This document shows positions 30,668 to 32,000 of a stretch of DNA of 32,000 bases, one piece after another. Both the position numbers and the translations under genes were made by a program. This stretch comes from Wolbachia endosymbiont of Litomosoides sigmodontis (GTDB lineage: Bacteria; Pseudomonadota; Alphaproteobacteria; Rickettsiales; Anaplasmataceae): assembly GCF_013365435.1 (NCBI RefSeq), contig NZ_CP046577.1, positions 960,001-992,000 of the forward strand, read 5' to 3'. Below the pieces are notes generated by a model. It saw only the letters and a list, made by a program, of their open reading frames with translations, searched no databases and had not been told where the DNA came from. Numbering within the stretch: position 1 is the stretch's first letter; every line of letters begins with the position of its first letter.

Positions 30668-31378
30668 TCCTTTGTTGGCATTTGATATTTAAACTATACC
30701 AGATGTAAATTCCTGCAGAGATTTGCTCAGTATTAGCGATGATAATAGTATAAAAGAGAAGAGAGGCGCGTTAACAAAATATTAACTCGTAATAATAAAT
30801 GGACAAAACCCTTTCTGTATCAGAATTTTCACCAAGTTGAAGTCATTAATTTTTTAATTTGCAATCAACTTAACAAAGTGGTTATGAAGAACACTAGATT
30901 TCAGTAAAAAAGAACTAGTAAAAGGATTTTTTAATTACATATCAGAGAAAAAAACAAGCTAATTTCCTTACAATAGATACACGTTTGAAATACCAATACT
31001 GAAATATTATGCTATGGTCCATAGCATTTAAGCAGAATAACTATAATCAAAGATATAGTAGTGGTTAGCATTGTGATTTACTTAAATCTTTCTCTGATTT
31101 TAAGCCTCTGCTAGAGTAAAAATGAATGAGATTTGCATAGCCGTTTAATTTTCTTGGAAAAATTAGAGCTGATTGCTTACAAGTTGTAGGCTTGTATAAT
31201 AGTAGAAAAATACAAGAAATTCAAGATTATTCTGAAGTAGAAGTAGTTAACACTTAATGGAAGAATCACTACCTAAAGCTACAACAAAAATGTAGAGGAG
31301 ATGCTTTTGGAATGCAAAAAGCGCACCTAAAACATTTTAAAGAGAAGTGGAGAATATACCTCCATATTCAGCCAAGCG
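30660..31378 (+). pseudogene. PolB-like exonuclease pseudogene (paralog of 25603..26412)
   Basis: Starts with the same ATGTTTAA overlap with the era stop. Reads MFNPLLAFDI*TIPDVNSC..., so the Exo I glutamate codon is now TAA. It has many further stops and deletions and is about 90 bp shorter than the intact copy. Confidence 0.85.
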
Positions 31379-31496
31379 GTGTGGAAGATAATAGGTAGAA
31401 GATTGTGAAAAAGATTTAGCTCATTTTATTTTTATGCTAAGTATGATAAAATTATCCATTCAAGGAATACATCTCCCTCATTCCAATTGAGGAATA

Positions 31497-31776
31497 TCAA
31501 TTATCATTGTTAATAAGCCAAATAATCAACATACAGAATTGCTTAATTGCAAAATTGAGAGAGAGGGTAATAAATTTGCACAAAGCATTTTCAATACAAA
31601 GCAATTGTACCATAGACTTTGCTACCATTTTATATATAATTAAAGCCTTTCAATAAGGCTAAGCTCTGATGAATATAGTGATAGATATATAATCTTAATA
31701 TTTTGAGGTACCTTTAAATTTTTTGACTTATGCTAATTAAAGCATACATGACAAGAAAGGTTTCTCATGTTCTTAC
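31497..31776 (-). mobile_element. IS630-like right-end fragment I1
   Basis: TA|TCAATTATCATTGTTAATAAGCC terminus at 31495. Collinear with H1 at roughly 87% by eye and has the same junction to the following copy. Confidence 0.75.
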
Positions 31777-32000
31777 AATAATTCGCAACGTACAAGAAAA
31801 AGATTTTCAATAATAGAAAAGAAATCTTACTGAAGTAGGTAAAATAGCAAGATTTAAACGCTGTTAAAATCAAAATCATTGAATAAAAAAGCAGTGGAAT
31901 CAGCAAAAGAAATGCTGAAGAAAGTGCAAAATAACGCACATATTGTAAAAAACTAAATGCCGTAATTGCAGCAAAAAAGCACAGTATAATAGCACTGCAA
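31777..32000 (+). mobile_element. degenerate IS630-like element, copy I2 (runs off the window)
   Basis: Left end ATAATTCGCAACGTACAAGAAAAAGATTTTCAATAATAG. Collinear with the H2 5' region. Confidence 0.75.

Overview
AT-rich, gene-decay-rich window that looks like a Wolbachia-type (Anaplasmataceae) endosymbiont chromosome. That assignment rests only on my recognition of the FtsZ sequence and the gene set; no search was run. Housekeeping genes sit in short blocks: PgpA-tail/GNAT ORF, PAS-only sensor, sdhB, ybeY, ftsZ | purN | sucA | initiator tRNA-Met | ribD, dgt, erpA-like, lolD-like, alpha/beta hydrolase, cysteine desulfurase | era and a PolB-like DEDDy exonuclease. The blocks are separated by 14 fragments of one degenerate IS630/Tc1-mariner-like element. 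By my hand-drawn boundaries these cover roughly 9.7 kb, about 30% of the window. None has an intact transposase; the longest ORFs are about 80 aa. Three points stand out. (1) Every IS copy lies in an inverted pair, and six of the seven pairs have two right-end termini as their outer boundaries. Junction classes recur, and two pairs are about 98-99% identical despite sharing inactivating lesions. (2) The last 9 kb fits an IS-bounded tandem duplication of an R480-SurA-like-era-exonuclease unit that then decayed reciprocally: copy 1 keeps the exonuclease and copy 2 keeps era. (3) There are several further pseudogenes (EVE-domain, ankyrin-repeat, SurA/PpiD-like) and some unusual gene architectures: a PgpA-GNAT in-frame continuation, a PAS sensor without a kinase, and an ErpA with an acidic insertion. 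I saw no CRISPR array, rRNA, prophage or recognisable defence or toxin system. All coordinates of degenerate elements are approximate.
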